A stretch of 61,900 nucleotides of DNA from positions 1-61,900 of the forward strand of contig JABMQY010000039.1 of NCBI GenBank assembly GCA_013202975.1. Reading direction: 5' to 3'. Positions 18,992 through 27,882 of the stretch are shown in pieces (the stretch's first letter is position 1; each line of letters opens with the position of its first letter). The notes under the pieces are model-generated. The model had not been told where the DNA came from and made no database searches. It worked only from the letters and a program-made list of their open reading frames with translations. Position numbers and translations under genes: made by a program. This DNA is from Candidatus Saganbacteria bacterium (GTDB lineage: Bacteria > Margulisbacteria > WOR-1 > XYC2-FULL-46-14).

Positions 18992-20042
18992 ATCATTTCT
19001 GGTTAATAAAAAGACTACAATAAAACAAGCAATGAAACAGATGACGGAAATTGGTCAAAAAAGTTTGTTTGTTGTTGATCAAAAGCGCAGGCTACTGGGG
19101 TCTTTAAGTGATGGAGATGTTAGGAAATGGATTATTAATGGGGGGAGTATTAGAGAAAAAATAACTAGGATCTACAATAAAAAGCCAAGATATGCAAAAA
19201 AGAATTTCGAGTTAGAGGATATCAAAAAATTGATGCTGAAATTAGTGATTTCAGCTGTTCCTGTTGTTAATGAGAATAATGAAATTGAAAGCATTCAAAT
19301 ATGGGAAGATGTTTTTGCAAATAAATTTTCCATGCAAAATAAACCTTTAGATATTCAGGTTGTTATTATGGCTGGAGGAAAGGGTACGCGGCTCGATCCC
19401 TTTACGACGATTTTACCCAAGTCATTAATTCCGATACATGGCAAGCCGATAATTGAATTGATAATGGATTGGTTCAATAGCTATGGGATCAGTGAATTCT
19501 TTGTTTCAATAAATCATAAGGCAAGAATGATTAAATCATATTTTGAAGATTCTAATAATAAATATAAAATATCTTACATTGAAGAGGATAGGCCACTTGG
19601 AACAGCTGGGAGCCTAAGGTTGATAAAAAATAAAGTTGAGAATCAATTTCTTGTAACTAATTGTGACATCATTCTAAAAGCTGATTGTGCCGAAATAATC
19701 CAATCCCATAAAAATAATGGGTATGATATGACATTGATAGTTTCATGCCGGCATTATAAGGTTCCATATGGAGTCTGTGAGATTGAAAATGGGGGGGTTC
19801 TTAGGCATATTAATGAAAAACCTGAATATGACTTACTAGTTAATACAGGTGTTTATGTTATGAATAAAGAATTACTTGATATAATCCCCAAAAATGTGAT
19901 TTTTAATATGAATGATCTTGTTAATAGGGCTATGAAAAAAGGTTTCAAAGTTGGCGTTTTTCCTATAAGTGAAGATTCTTGGATTGATATTGGACAGTGG
20001 GAAGAATATCACAAGGCGACTGAGAAATTGAGGATCTGTTAA
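18975..20042 (+). CDS. CBS-domain nucleotidyltransferase (PtmE/LgaF-like)
   Basis: N-terminal CBS pair (LSDGDVR), MAGGKGTRL.P.T..LPK, PLGTAGSL, WIDIG. Confidence 0.9.
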   Translation: MKKPIESFLVNKKTTIKQAMKQMTEIGQKSLFVVDQKRRLLGSLSDGDVRKWIINGGSIREKITRIYNKKPRYAKKNFELEDIKKLMLKLVISAVPVVNENNEIESIQIWEDVFANKFSMQNKPLDIQVVIMAGGKGTRLDPFTTILPKSLIPIHGKPIIELIMDWFNSYGISEFFVSINHKARMIKSYFEDSNNKYKISYIEEDRPLGTAGSLRLIKNKVENQFLVTNCDIILKADCAEIIQSHKNNGYDMTLIVSCRHYKVPYGVCEIENGGVLRHINEKPEYDLLVNTGVYVMNKELLDIIPKNVIFNMNDLVNRAMKKGFKVGVFPISEDSWIDIGQWEEYHKATEKLRIC

Positions 20043-20971
20043 TGAAGGTTATAATTTTTGGATTAGGTTCAATTGGGATTCGACATGCAAAGATTTTAAA
20101 ATCTATCCCAGATGTTCAGTTGTTTGCATTTCGCAGTAAGAAGGGGATGCCCGTTAATACCTTAGGGATTGAGGAAATTTTTTCCTGGGAAGAAGTTGAA
20201 AAAATAAAGGGGAATGTTGCTTTAATTGCTAATCCAACTTTTTTGCATGTTGAAACAGCTTTAAAATGTGCCAAATTAGGTATGCATCTTTTTATAGAAA
20301 AGCCTCTTTCTAATAATTGCGAAGGGGTTTTTGAGCTTAAATCTTTCTGTCGTAAAAATAAATTAATTTGTTATACCGCCTATTGTCTGCGTTTTCATGC
20401 TGTTGTTAAGAAGATCAAAGAAATTATTGATGGAAAAAAGCTTTTTCATGTAAGAATTGTTTGCTCTTCTAATTTGCCTGATTGGAGGAAGAATACAGAT
20501 TCTAAATCCAGTTATTCTTCATCTGTAGCCCAGGGGGGGGGAGTTTTGCTTGATTTGTCTCACGAGTTTGACTATATCCAATATCTTTTTGGGGAAATTG
20601 ATAAAATGCAGGCTGTTTTTGGCAGGGCCAGTAATGTTACTCAGGATGCGGAGGACTTTGCAGATGTTTTGATAAAAATGAATAGTTCGCTCTTTATTAA
20701 TTTGCATCTAAATTTTTTAAGTCTTATAAATGAGAGAAGCATCAAGATAGATTTTAAACATGGTTATTTAGTTGCTGATTTAGTAGGGGATCAAATTGAA
20801 TATTCTTATGATAACAAGAAAGAGATCCTTAAATTAAATATGGAAAAAGATGCGTGTTTGAGGGAGCAGATCAACTATTTTTTAAATAGTCTTTCAAATA
20901 AACAAATTATGAATAATTTGGATGAATCTATTCCGTTACTTGAAAAAATTTTGGAGCTAAAAGATGGGTAA
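20042..20971 (+). CDS. Gfo/Idh/MocA oxidoreductase (PtmF/ElaA-like)
   Basis: GLGSIG.RH, IEKPL, LPDWR, GGGVLLDLSHEFDY. Confidence 0.85.
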   Translation: MKVIIFGLGSIGIRHAKILKSIPDVQLFAFRSKKGMPVNTLGIEEIFSWEEVEKIKGNVALIANPTFLHVETALKCAKLGMHLFIEKPLSNNCEGVFELKSFCRKNKLICYTAYCLRFHAVVKKIKEIIDGKKLFHVRIVCSSNLPDWRKNTDSKSSYSSSVAQGGGVLLDLSHEFDYIQYLFGEIDKMQAVFGRASNVTQDAEDFADVLIKMNSSLFINLHLNFLSLINERSIKIDFKHGYLVADLVGDQIEYSYDNKKEILKLNMEKDACLREQINYFLNSLSNKQIMNNLDESIPLLEKILELKDG

Positions 20972-21683
20972 GAGGAAGGTTTTAATAACTATAGCTGCTC
21001 GTGGAGGTTCAAAAGGGGTAAATAATAAGAATATTCGTAAAATAGGCGGTTTGCCTCTAATAGCGCATACTATTATGCAAGCGAAAAAGTGGGGAAAGGC
21101 TGATCGCATTGTTTGCTCAACAGACTCTGAAAAAATTGCAGCAATTGCAAAAAAAAATGGGGTCGAAGTACCTTTTGTGCGTCCCATAGAGCTCGCAACC
21201 GATACAATTGGTAAAATAGAAGTGATAAGACATGCCTTGGAGACTGTTGAGCGGCTGAGTGGGGAGAAATATTCAATTGTTATTGATCTTGATGTAACTG
21301 CGCCTATCCGAAAAATTAGTGATATTGAAGGAGCTTATCAACTGTTTTTGAGTAAAAATCCAAATACTGTTTTTAGTGTTGTTTCTAGTCGTCGAAACCC
21401 GTATTTTAATATGGTTGAGTTAGATGCTAATGGATATTTTTCCATTGTAAAAAAAACGGGATCATCTGTTGTGCGCAGGCAAGATGCTCCTAGTGTATAC
21501 GACTTGAATGCTTCAATTTATGTGTATGACAGAAATTATCTTTTGGATAAAAAAAACAAATCGGCTATTTCAGATCGCTCTCTGATTTTTGAGATGCATG
21601 AATTTTCTGCATTTGATATTGACAGCGAAAGTGATTTAAAATTTGTTGAGTTTTTGTTGTCACAAGGAGTAGTTGATTTATGA
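20964..21683 (+). CDS. neuA: CMP-nonulosonate synthetase (NeuA/LegF/PtmB/ElaB-like)
   Basis: ARGGSKGV.NKNIR, STDS, VPFVRP.ELATD, DLDVTAP, NPYFNMVE, RRQDAP, DID. Confidence 0.88.
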   Translation: MGKRKVLITIAARGGSKGVNNKNIRKIGGLPLIAHTIMQAKKWGKADRIVCSTDSEKIAAIAKKNGVEVPFVRPIELATDTIGKIEVIRHALETVERLSGEKYSIVIDLDVTAPIRKISDIEGAYQLFLSKNPNTVFSVVSSRRNPYFNMVELDANGYFSIVKKTGSSVVRRQDAPSVYDLNASIYVYDRNYLLDKKNKSAISDRSLIFEMHEFSAFDIDSESDLKFVEFLLSQGVVDL

Positions 21684-22456
21684 AGAACTATCTGGATAAA
21701 TTTAAGTTGAAAGGGAAAAAGGCTGTTGTTGCAGGGGGAGCAGGTTTGATTGGTAGACAGATTGTTGTTTCTTTTGCTCAGGCCGGGGCGCATGTTGTAA
21801 TTGCGGATATAAGTGAAAAAGAAGGAAAAGCCTTTGCTGCTGAGCTTAGAACAAAAAATTATAATGTTGAATTTATTGTTTTTGACGTTACAGCTCTTGA
21901 GATTTTGCAAGAAAACATAATTGGGCTAGGCAAAATAGATATTTGGGTAAACAGTGCTTATCCAAGGACTTCTGATTGGAGCAATAAGGTTGAAGATATT
22001 TCGGTGGAATCATGGAGAAAAAATATTGATATTCAGCTTAATTCCTATTCTTTAATTTCTAAATTTGTTGCTGAATCTATGAAAGAAAGCGGTGGCAGTA
22101 TTGTTAATTTAGGATCAATTTATGGTGTTGTGGGGCCCGATTTTACTGTTTATGAAGGAACGGATATAACAGTCCCAATGGCTTATGCTGCTATAAAGGG
22201 AGGGATTGTAAATTTGGGCCGCTATCTAGCTTCATATTTTGGGAAATATAATATTCGTGTAAATTCAATCTGTCTTGGTGGAGTTTTTGACAACCAGGAT
22301 CCCATTTTTGTTAATAGCTATTCAAAAAAGGTTCCTCTTGGCAGAATGGCGAAAGCTGATGATATTGCCTGTGCTGCTCTATTTTTAGCCTCAGATGCTT
22401 CTTCATACATTACCGGGGCAACGATTATGGTTGATGGGGGGTGGACCAGTGTCTAA
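21680..22456 (+). CDS. Short-chain dehydrogenase (PtmA/ElaC-like)
   Basis: GGAGLIG, VNSAYPR, SIYGVVGP, YAAIK, VDGGW. Confidence 0.85.
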   Translation: MKNYLDKFKLKGKKAVVAGGAGLIGRQIVVSFAQAGAHVVIADISEKEGKAFAAELRTKNYNVEFIVFDVTALEILQENIIGLGKIDIWVNSAYPRTSDWSNKVEDISVESWRKNIDIQLNSYSLISKFVAESMKESGGSIVNLGSIYGVVGPDFTVYEGTDITVPMAYAAIKGGIVNLGRYLASYFGKYNIRVNSICLGGVFDNQDPIFVNSYSKKVPLGRMAKADDIACAALFLASDASSYITGATIMVDGGWTSV

Positions 22457-23609
22457 TATTCCACTCTGTGTGCCCGAAATCCGTGGCAATGAATGGTTAT
22501 ATATCAAGGATTGTCTTGATACAAATTGGGTTTCTTCTGTTGGTGAATATGTTAATAGATTTGAGAGTTCCTTTGCCAACTATCTTGGTGTTCGGCATGC
22601 AGTTGCCTGTATTAATGGTACTGCCGCTATACATATTTCTTTATTACTTCTTGGCGTTCAATCTGAAGATGAGGTTATAATTCCTGCTCTTAGTTTTGTT
22701 GCGCCGGCTAATGCGGTGCGCTATTTAGGGGCTTGGCCGGTATTTATTGATGTTGATCCTAATTCTTGGCAGATGGATCCAAACAAATTAGTTGAATTTT
22801 TAATGAACGAGTGTGATTGGGTTGATGGTAAATTGATCAACCGTCATACCGTCAGACAAATTAAGGCCGTTCTTCCTGTTCATATTTTGGGTCATCCGGT
22901 TGATATGGATCCGATTTTAGAGATCGCAGGTAAATTCGATTTACGAGTTATTGAGGATGCGACAGAGAGTTTAGGTGCGTTCTATAAGAAGCGTAAAGTG
23001 GGAACGTTGGGGGATATTGCTTGTTTTAGTTTTAATGGCAATAAGCTTATTACGACGGGTGGGGGAGGGATGCTGGTAACAAATGATGAATCCCTGGCAA
23101 AGAGGGCGCGCTATCTTATTACTCAAGCAAAAGATGATCAATTGGAATATATTCACAATGAGGTTGGTTATAATTATCGTTTGAGTAATATTCAGGCCGC
23201 AATGGGGCTTGCTCAGATGGAAAAGCTTGACGAATACATTGAGGCCAAAAGAAAGCTTGCTCTGCGCTGGAATGAAGGTCTTTCTAGTCTTCCTGGGGTG
23301 GTTTGTCCCATAAGCGCAAAATGGGCAAAATCTGTTTTTTGGCTTTATACTATTTTGATTAATAAAGATAAATATGGAATTGGCAGTAGAGAATTATTGA
23401 AGGAGTTGAATGATTCTGGGATTCAAGCTCGGCCATTTTGGCATCCATTGCATTTGCTCAAGCCATTTAAAAACAGTTATTCTTATAAAATTGAAATTGC
23501 TAATCGTTTGTATAGTGAAGGCTTGAGTTTACCAAGCTCGGTGGGATTGAAACAAGAGGAGCAAGATAAAGTTATAGAGGTTATTTGTAGACTAAAAAAG
23601 GAGGAATGA
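22449..23609 (+). CDS. legC: LegC-family PLP aminotransferase
   Basis: IPL.VPEIRGNE, NWVSSVG, EDATESLG, SFNGNKLITTGGGGM, GYNYRLSN; GTG start at 22449. Confidence 0.88.
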   Translation: MSNIPLCVPEIRGNEWLYIKDCLDTNWVSSVGEYVNRFESSFANYLGVRHAVACINGTAAIHISLLLLGVQSEDEVIIPALSFVAPANAVRYLGAWPVFIDVDPNSWQMDPNKLVEFLMNECDWVDGKLINRHTVRQIKAVLPVHILGHPVDMDPILEIAGKFDLRVIEDATESLGAFYKKRKVGTLGDIACFSFNGNKLITTGGGGMLVTNDESLAKRARYLITQAKDDQLEYIHNEVGYNYRLSNIQAAMGLAQMEKLDEYIEAKRKLALRWNEGLSSLPGVVCPISAKWAKSVFWLYTILINKDKYGIGSRELLKELNDSGIQARPFWHPLHLLKPFKNSYSYKIEIANRLYSEGLSLPSSVGLKQEEQDKVIEVICRLKKEE

Positions 23610-23615
23610 ATACTA

Positions 23616-24284
23616 ATGGTTAAAGATAATGCCGTAATTAAGAAAATATATCAAAAAAGATTTAATGCGCTAGAATTAAAAAGAAGATTGGCTTTGTGGA
23701 AAATATTATGCAGTGATTTTTTGCAGAAATTTGTTCCTCTCGATTCAATAGTCTTAGATATTGGGGCGGGATATTGTGAATTTATCAATAATATTAAAGC
23801 ATCTTCGAAATTTGCGGTAGATCTTAATCCAGATTCCTTTGATTTTGCAAATGACAAAGTAAAGATTATTAAAGATAATTCTACGCAACTCTCGTTTTTT
23901 TTAGACAGCTCTGTTGACATTGTTTTTATGAGCAATTTTCTTGAACATTTATCAAGCAAAGAAGATGTTCTCAATACTCTTCGTGCTGTTTTTCGTGTGC
24001 TAAAGCCAAATGGAAAAATTATGATATTGCAGCCTAATATTCGCTATTCCTTTGATGAATACTGGGATTTTTTTGATCATAACATTCCATTAAGTGAGAA
24101 GAGTGTGGCAGAGGCTTTATCTTTAGTCGGGTATAAGATTGAAAAAGTTATTGCAAGATTTCTGCCTTACAAAACAAAAAAGAAAGCTGTTCGATTTCCT
24201 TATTTATTGAAATTATACTTAAGGATTCCGGTATTTTGGCAGCTTTTTGGGAAGCAGATGTTTGTTGTGGCAAGCAAACCTTAG
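23616..24284 (+). CDS. Class I SAM-dependent methyltransferase
   Basis: VLDIGAGYCEFIN, SNFLEHL, VLKPNG, YWDFFDH. Confidence 0.88.
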   Translation: MVKDNAVIKKIYQKRFNALELKRRLALWKILCSDFLQKFVPLDSIVLDIGAGYCEFINNIKASSKFAVDLNPDSFDFANDKVKIIKDNSTQLSFFLDSSVDIVFMSNFLEHLSSKEDVLNTLRAVFRVLKPNGKIMILQPNIRYSFDEYWDFFDHNIPLSEKSVAEALSLVGYKIEKVIARFLPYKTKKKAVRFPYLLKLYLRIPVFWQLFGKQMFVVASKP

Positions 24285-24322
24285 AGGTAGGAATAATAGC
24301 TAATAATTTTGTAGGTTTATTA

Positions 24323-25936
24323 ATGAGAAAAAAAGTTCATATATTAATCTTTTTGATTTTAATTAGTATTCCATTAATTGTATTAACATTTGATACAGGA
24401 AACTGGAGTGATGATTACCAACTGATTCATTTGACTAAAATCAAGCAAGCCATTTCTCCACATAGCGGAGTTGTTTTTGATTTGCTGTTGCCCCGGACTG
24501 ATGGTCATTTTATCCCTGTTTATTACCTAATCAATATATTAATTATGTCTTTTGGTTCTTCGTCCCAATGGTTCCATTTTGTAGTTATCTTGTTTTATAT
24601 AGGAAATGGCTTTCTTTTGTATTTAATTGTTAAAAGAGTTTTTAATGATTCGAGAGTGGCTTTTTTGTCGTCAATTCTTTTTTCTGTTAATTATTGCGTT
24701 GGCTTTAAGGCATTAACCTGGAATTGCTTTCATAGCCATGCCACTAATGTGTTTACAGGCTTGCTCTCTGTCTATTTTGTTCTGCAATTTATAGAAAATA
24801 AAAAAGTGCGTAGTTTGTTTTTAATGTCAATATTTCTTCTTTTGACAATACTAAATATTGAGAGTGGCTTTGTTTTTTTTGTTGTCTTATTTGTTTTTGC
24901 CACTTGTGCATTCTTCAGGAAACAACTTAAAGTTTGCACGCTCTCTTTTGTCTTTTTTGCCATGGCTGCTGCTTTAATTGTCTTTTCGATGGGGGCCTAT
25001 TGGTTTACGGGAAGTTTTATGCCACTGGCTTCCGAGAGATTTGCATCTGATGCTAAGGAAATTTCTCAAAGAAGTCCTGCTCGTTATGCAAAACACACTG
25101 TTACCTTAGCATTGCGCTTAGCAAATATTCCATTTTATTCTAACCGGTGGAGTAAAATCGTTGGGGTTGTGAGGAATAATATGCCAAGGCAATTAGGTGT
25201 TCATTTGCGTATGGTTGTCTTTATCGGTTTTATTTTATTGTTTGTATTTTTTATTTTTATTGCTTATTTGTATTTTATGGTTGTTCATCCTCCTCCCTAT
25301 GAGTTTTTAATCAGTTTTATGTTGCTTTTTTTAACCTTTATTTTTGTTTTTGATAGGATCGATATTGCAAATTCTGTAGTCATATTTAGTAGTGTTATTA
25401 TTGCAGATTTTGTTTTGAGCTTATTACGTTTTTCCGGCAGATTTTATAGAAAAATAGGATGGGGGATCTTAACGTTTTTTGTGGTTATGCCTCTGATTAT
25501 TATTTTAAATGGTTTTAATATTGCATACGCTACTGCCTATATCTCTAAACAAGCAAAAAAAAGTGAGGAGATAAGGATTAATGCGATAAATCATAGCATT
25601 GGACATTATTCTGACAAAACAATAATTTTTGTTAATTTAGACAATAAATATATTGATGCTAATAACCAACGTAGCACAGTAGACTTTGCTGCTGATAATG
25701 TTCGGATGTATTTTGATGAATTTGCAAGGTCTGAATCAGCTAAACAATATGCCTTGCTGTCTTATAACGAATTTGTAGAAAAAATATGTTTGGGACACAT
25801 GAAAACAATCCAAGTTTTATCTAAAAAAGATGCTCAAAAATATATTAGGAACAACCGTAAGCAATTAGTAAAGACAGCTCTGATTTACGTAGATGAGAAC
25901 AATGTTTCTATGCCTATCTCTTTGGGGAGCCTTTAA
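24323..25936 (+). CDS. Polytopic membrane protein, GT-C-like
   Basis: First TM followed by WSDDY acidic motif and GHFIPV, then ~10 further hydrophobic segments. Confidence 0.55.
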   Translation: MRKKVHILIFLILISIPLIVLTFDTGNWSDDYQLIHLTKIKQAISPHSGVVFDLLLPRTDGHFIPVYYLINILIMSFGSSSQWFHFVVILFYIGNGFLLYLIVKRVFNDSRVAFLSSILFSVNYCVGFKALTWNCFHSHATNVFTGLLSVYFVLQFIENKKVRSLFLMSIFLLLTILNIESGFVFFVVLFVFATCAFFRKQLKVCTLSFVFFAMAAALIVFSMGAYWFTGSFMPLASERFASDAKEISQRSPARYAKHTVTLALRLANIPFYSNRWSKIVGVVRNNMPRQLGVHLRMVVFIGFILLFVFFIFIAYLYFMVVHPPPYEFLISFMLLFLTFIFVFDRIDIANSVVIFSSVIIADFVLSLLRFSGRFYRKIGWGILTFFVVMPLIIILNGFNIAYATAYISKQAKKSEEIRINAINHSIGHYSDKTIIFVNLDNKYIDANNQRSTVDFAADNVRMYFDEFARSESAKQYALLSYNEFVEKICLGHMKTIQVLSKKDAQKYIRNNRKQLVKTALIYVDENNVSMPISLGSL

Positions 25937-27882
25937 TGCAAAAAAATATTGTTTATGAAAAATTAGGTTTATTTGGTCTAATTAATTTAATTATTTTAAA
26001 TAAGCAGGCAGAATATTTTAATATTTCCAGGTTTGCATGGTTATTGCTAAGGCTTTTTAGGTTGCAGGAGAGGATAAATCAAAAAAGGTGGCAGTCTGCC
26101 TCTATAACTGGGGATGATGGTGAATTGCTAGTACCAAAGATACATGAGGATATCACAAGTATTTGCCATGATATTGGAGAAGAAAGCCTGAATAACAGTT
26201 TTTTTAGACACTTCGATTCGAATAATTGTAATAAAATAAGGATTTTTTTGGCTAAAAAGCTGAAAGAGAGAATTGAAAGGAGAATCTTTTTGATAAATGT
26301 CTTGACCGCGGGGGATGTTTTTTGTGTTTCTGATAATCTATGTTTATTGGGTATTATGAAATATGCACAAAATAACGAGATTGAGCTTGAGCGTCACAAG
26401 TTTGCTTTGTCTGGTTTAATAAATTCAATTTATCTGATAATTAGATTTTCTTTGTTATTTCCTTTGTATCAATTATTTAAAACAATAATAAATAAGAGGA
26501 GATTTGCTTGCTCAAGACTTCCTGTAATTGCATCGTATTATAATTTGGTTGATATGCATTTAGACAAAGATAAAAGAAGTGCTCTTTTTCTATTTCTTAA
26601 ATCAAAGCTAAAACTAAAAGATGTTTTAATCTATTTTGATCGTGCGGATGTTCCTTGTACAGATGAAATGGTTGATGAGATGGATCGTTCCGGAATAAAA
26701 TATATTGCTATAAACAAAAAAGCTGCTTCGTCTAATCGAGTCCCGATCTGGAGCGTTAGTCGCACATTCTTTAAGGTTCTTTTAAGAAGGAATCTTAGTC
26801 TAATCTTTAATTTGTTTATGGCCTCTTTTAAAGGGGATTTTTTGAGACCGATTGATATTTGTGGGTTGTTTGAATTTAATTGTTTTTATGCGTATAATTT
26901 TGATTTTTATAAGTCACTCAATATCAAAATTGATAATATTGTTAGCTGGGATAGCCAGATTGTTCCAAGAGCAGCGGCGCTAAATGATTTGGGCGGCGTA
27001 TTTGTCCAATATCAGCTAGCAAACTCTCCCAAAGCAAATATAACCCTGGGTTCTGTTGCAGATGTTTATTTCTTGTTTGGTCCTTATTATAAGGATATCT
27101 TGTTGAAGTCAAAATCAGACATTAATTGTTTTGCATATAGTGGTTATATTACGGATTATTCGTTTGAGGCAGTTAGAAACAAATCTGCCTTACTGCGGCA
27201 GAAAATCATGGAAAATGGCGCAAAGTTTATTATTTCTTTTTTTGATGAATCATTTGGAGATTCCGAAAATGAGGTTTTTCCATCTACTAGAGCAAAGTCA
27301 ATATATGATTTCTTTGCTGAATTGGTTATAGATAATCCTGATATTGCAGTTATTCACAAGCCCAAGAAGGCCGGTTTTTCATTTGAATCTAAATTGGTTA
27401 ACCAGGCTCTTAAAACCAAAAGGTATATTTTATGGACAGGGGGAAAGTATCTAACTGATTCGTTCCCGAGCGAAATTGCCCAGGCTTCGGATTTATCTGT
27501 TAGTTTGCTTTTTGGCGGCACAGTTTTTCTTGAAACTATTCTTTCAAATGTGCCATCTGTTTTTCTTGATCTTGAGAAATTGTACTATTATGATGAATAC
27601 AAGATTAACGAAAAACAGTTTGTTTTTGATAACCTAGTAGACTTAAAAAAACATATTTTTTCTCTTAAAGGGAAGGTTCAAAAAAATGAGCCTTCCGCTG
27701 AACTTGTCGAAATGTTAAAGCAGAAAGATCCTTTTCAAGATGGCCGGGCAATTGAAAGAATAGGGGATTATCTGTATTTACTTTTTGAAGGGTTGAAAAA
27801 TGGGGGAGAAAAGGATTCTGTCCTGGCTTTTGCCTCAAATGAGTATGCAAAAAAATGGGGAGAGCAAAATATTGAGTGTTAA
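25936..27882 (+). CDS. Large orphan glycan-biosynthesis protein, putative ulosonate transferase
   Basis: 648-aa ORF coupled to neighbours; C-terminal Rossmann-like pattern (ISFFDE, IHKPKK, SDLSVS..GGTVFLE, DPFQDGRAIERI). Confidence 0.5.
   Translation: MQKNIVYEKLGLFGLINLIILNKQAEYFNISRFAWLLLRLFRLQERINQKRWQSASITGDDGELLVPKIHEDITSICHDIGEESLNNSFFRHFDSNNCNKIRIFLAKKLKERIERRIFLINVLTAGDVFCVSDNLCLLGIMKYAQNNEIELERHKFALSGLINSIYLIIRFSLLFPLYQLFKTIINKRRFACSRLPVIASYYNLVDMHLDKDKRSALFLFLKSKLKLKDVLIYFDRADVPCTDEMVDEMDRSGIKYIAINKKAASSNRVPIWSVSRTFFKVLLRRNLSLIFNLFMASFKGDFLRPIDICGLFEFNCFYAYNFDFYKSLNIKIDNIVSWDSQIVPRAAALNDLGGVFVQYQLANSPKANITLGSVADVYFLFGPYYKDILLKSKSDINCFAYSGYITDYSFEAVRNKSALLRQKIMENGAKFIISFFDESFGDSENEVFPSTRAKSIYDFFAELVIDNPDIAVIHKPKKAGFSFESKLVNQALKTKRYILWTGGKYLTDSFPSEIAQASDLSVSLLFGGTVFLETILSNVPSVFLDLEKLYYYDEYKINEKQFVFDNLVDLKKHIFSLKGKVQKNEPSAELVEMLKQKDPFQDGRAIERIGDYLYLLFEGLKNGGEKDSVLAFASNEYAKKWGEQNIEC

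Noticed and set aside
15147-23609. Plain sialic acid or pseudaminic acid pathway
   Set aside because: LegB, LegC and CBS-nucleotidyltransferase with a hydrolysing 2-epimerase indicate Leg type; no PseG/PseH recognised
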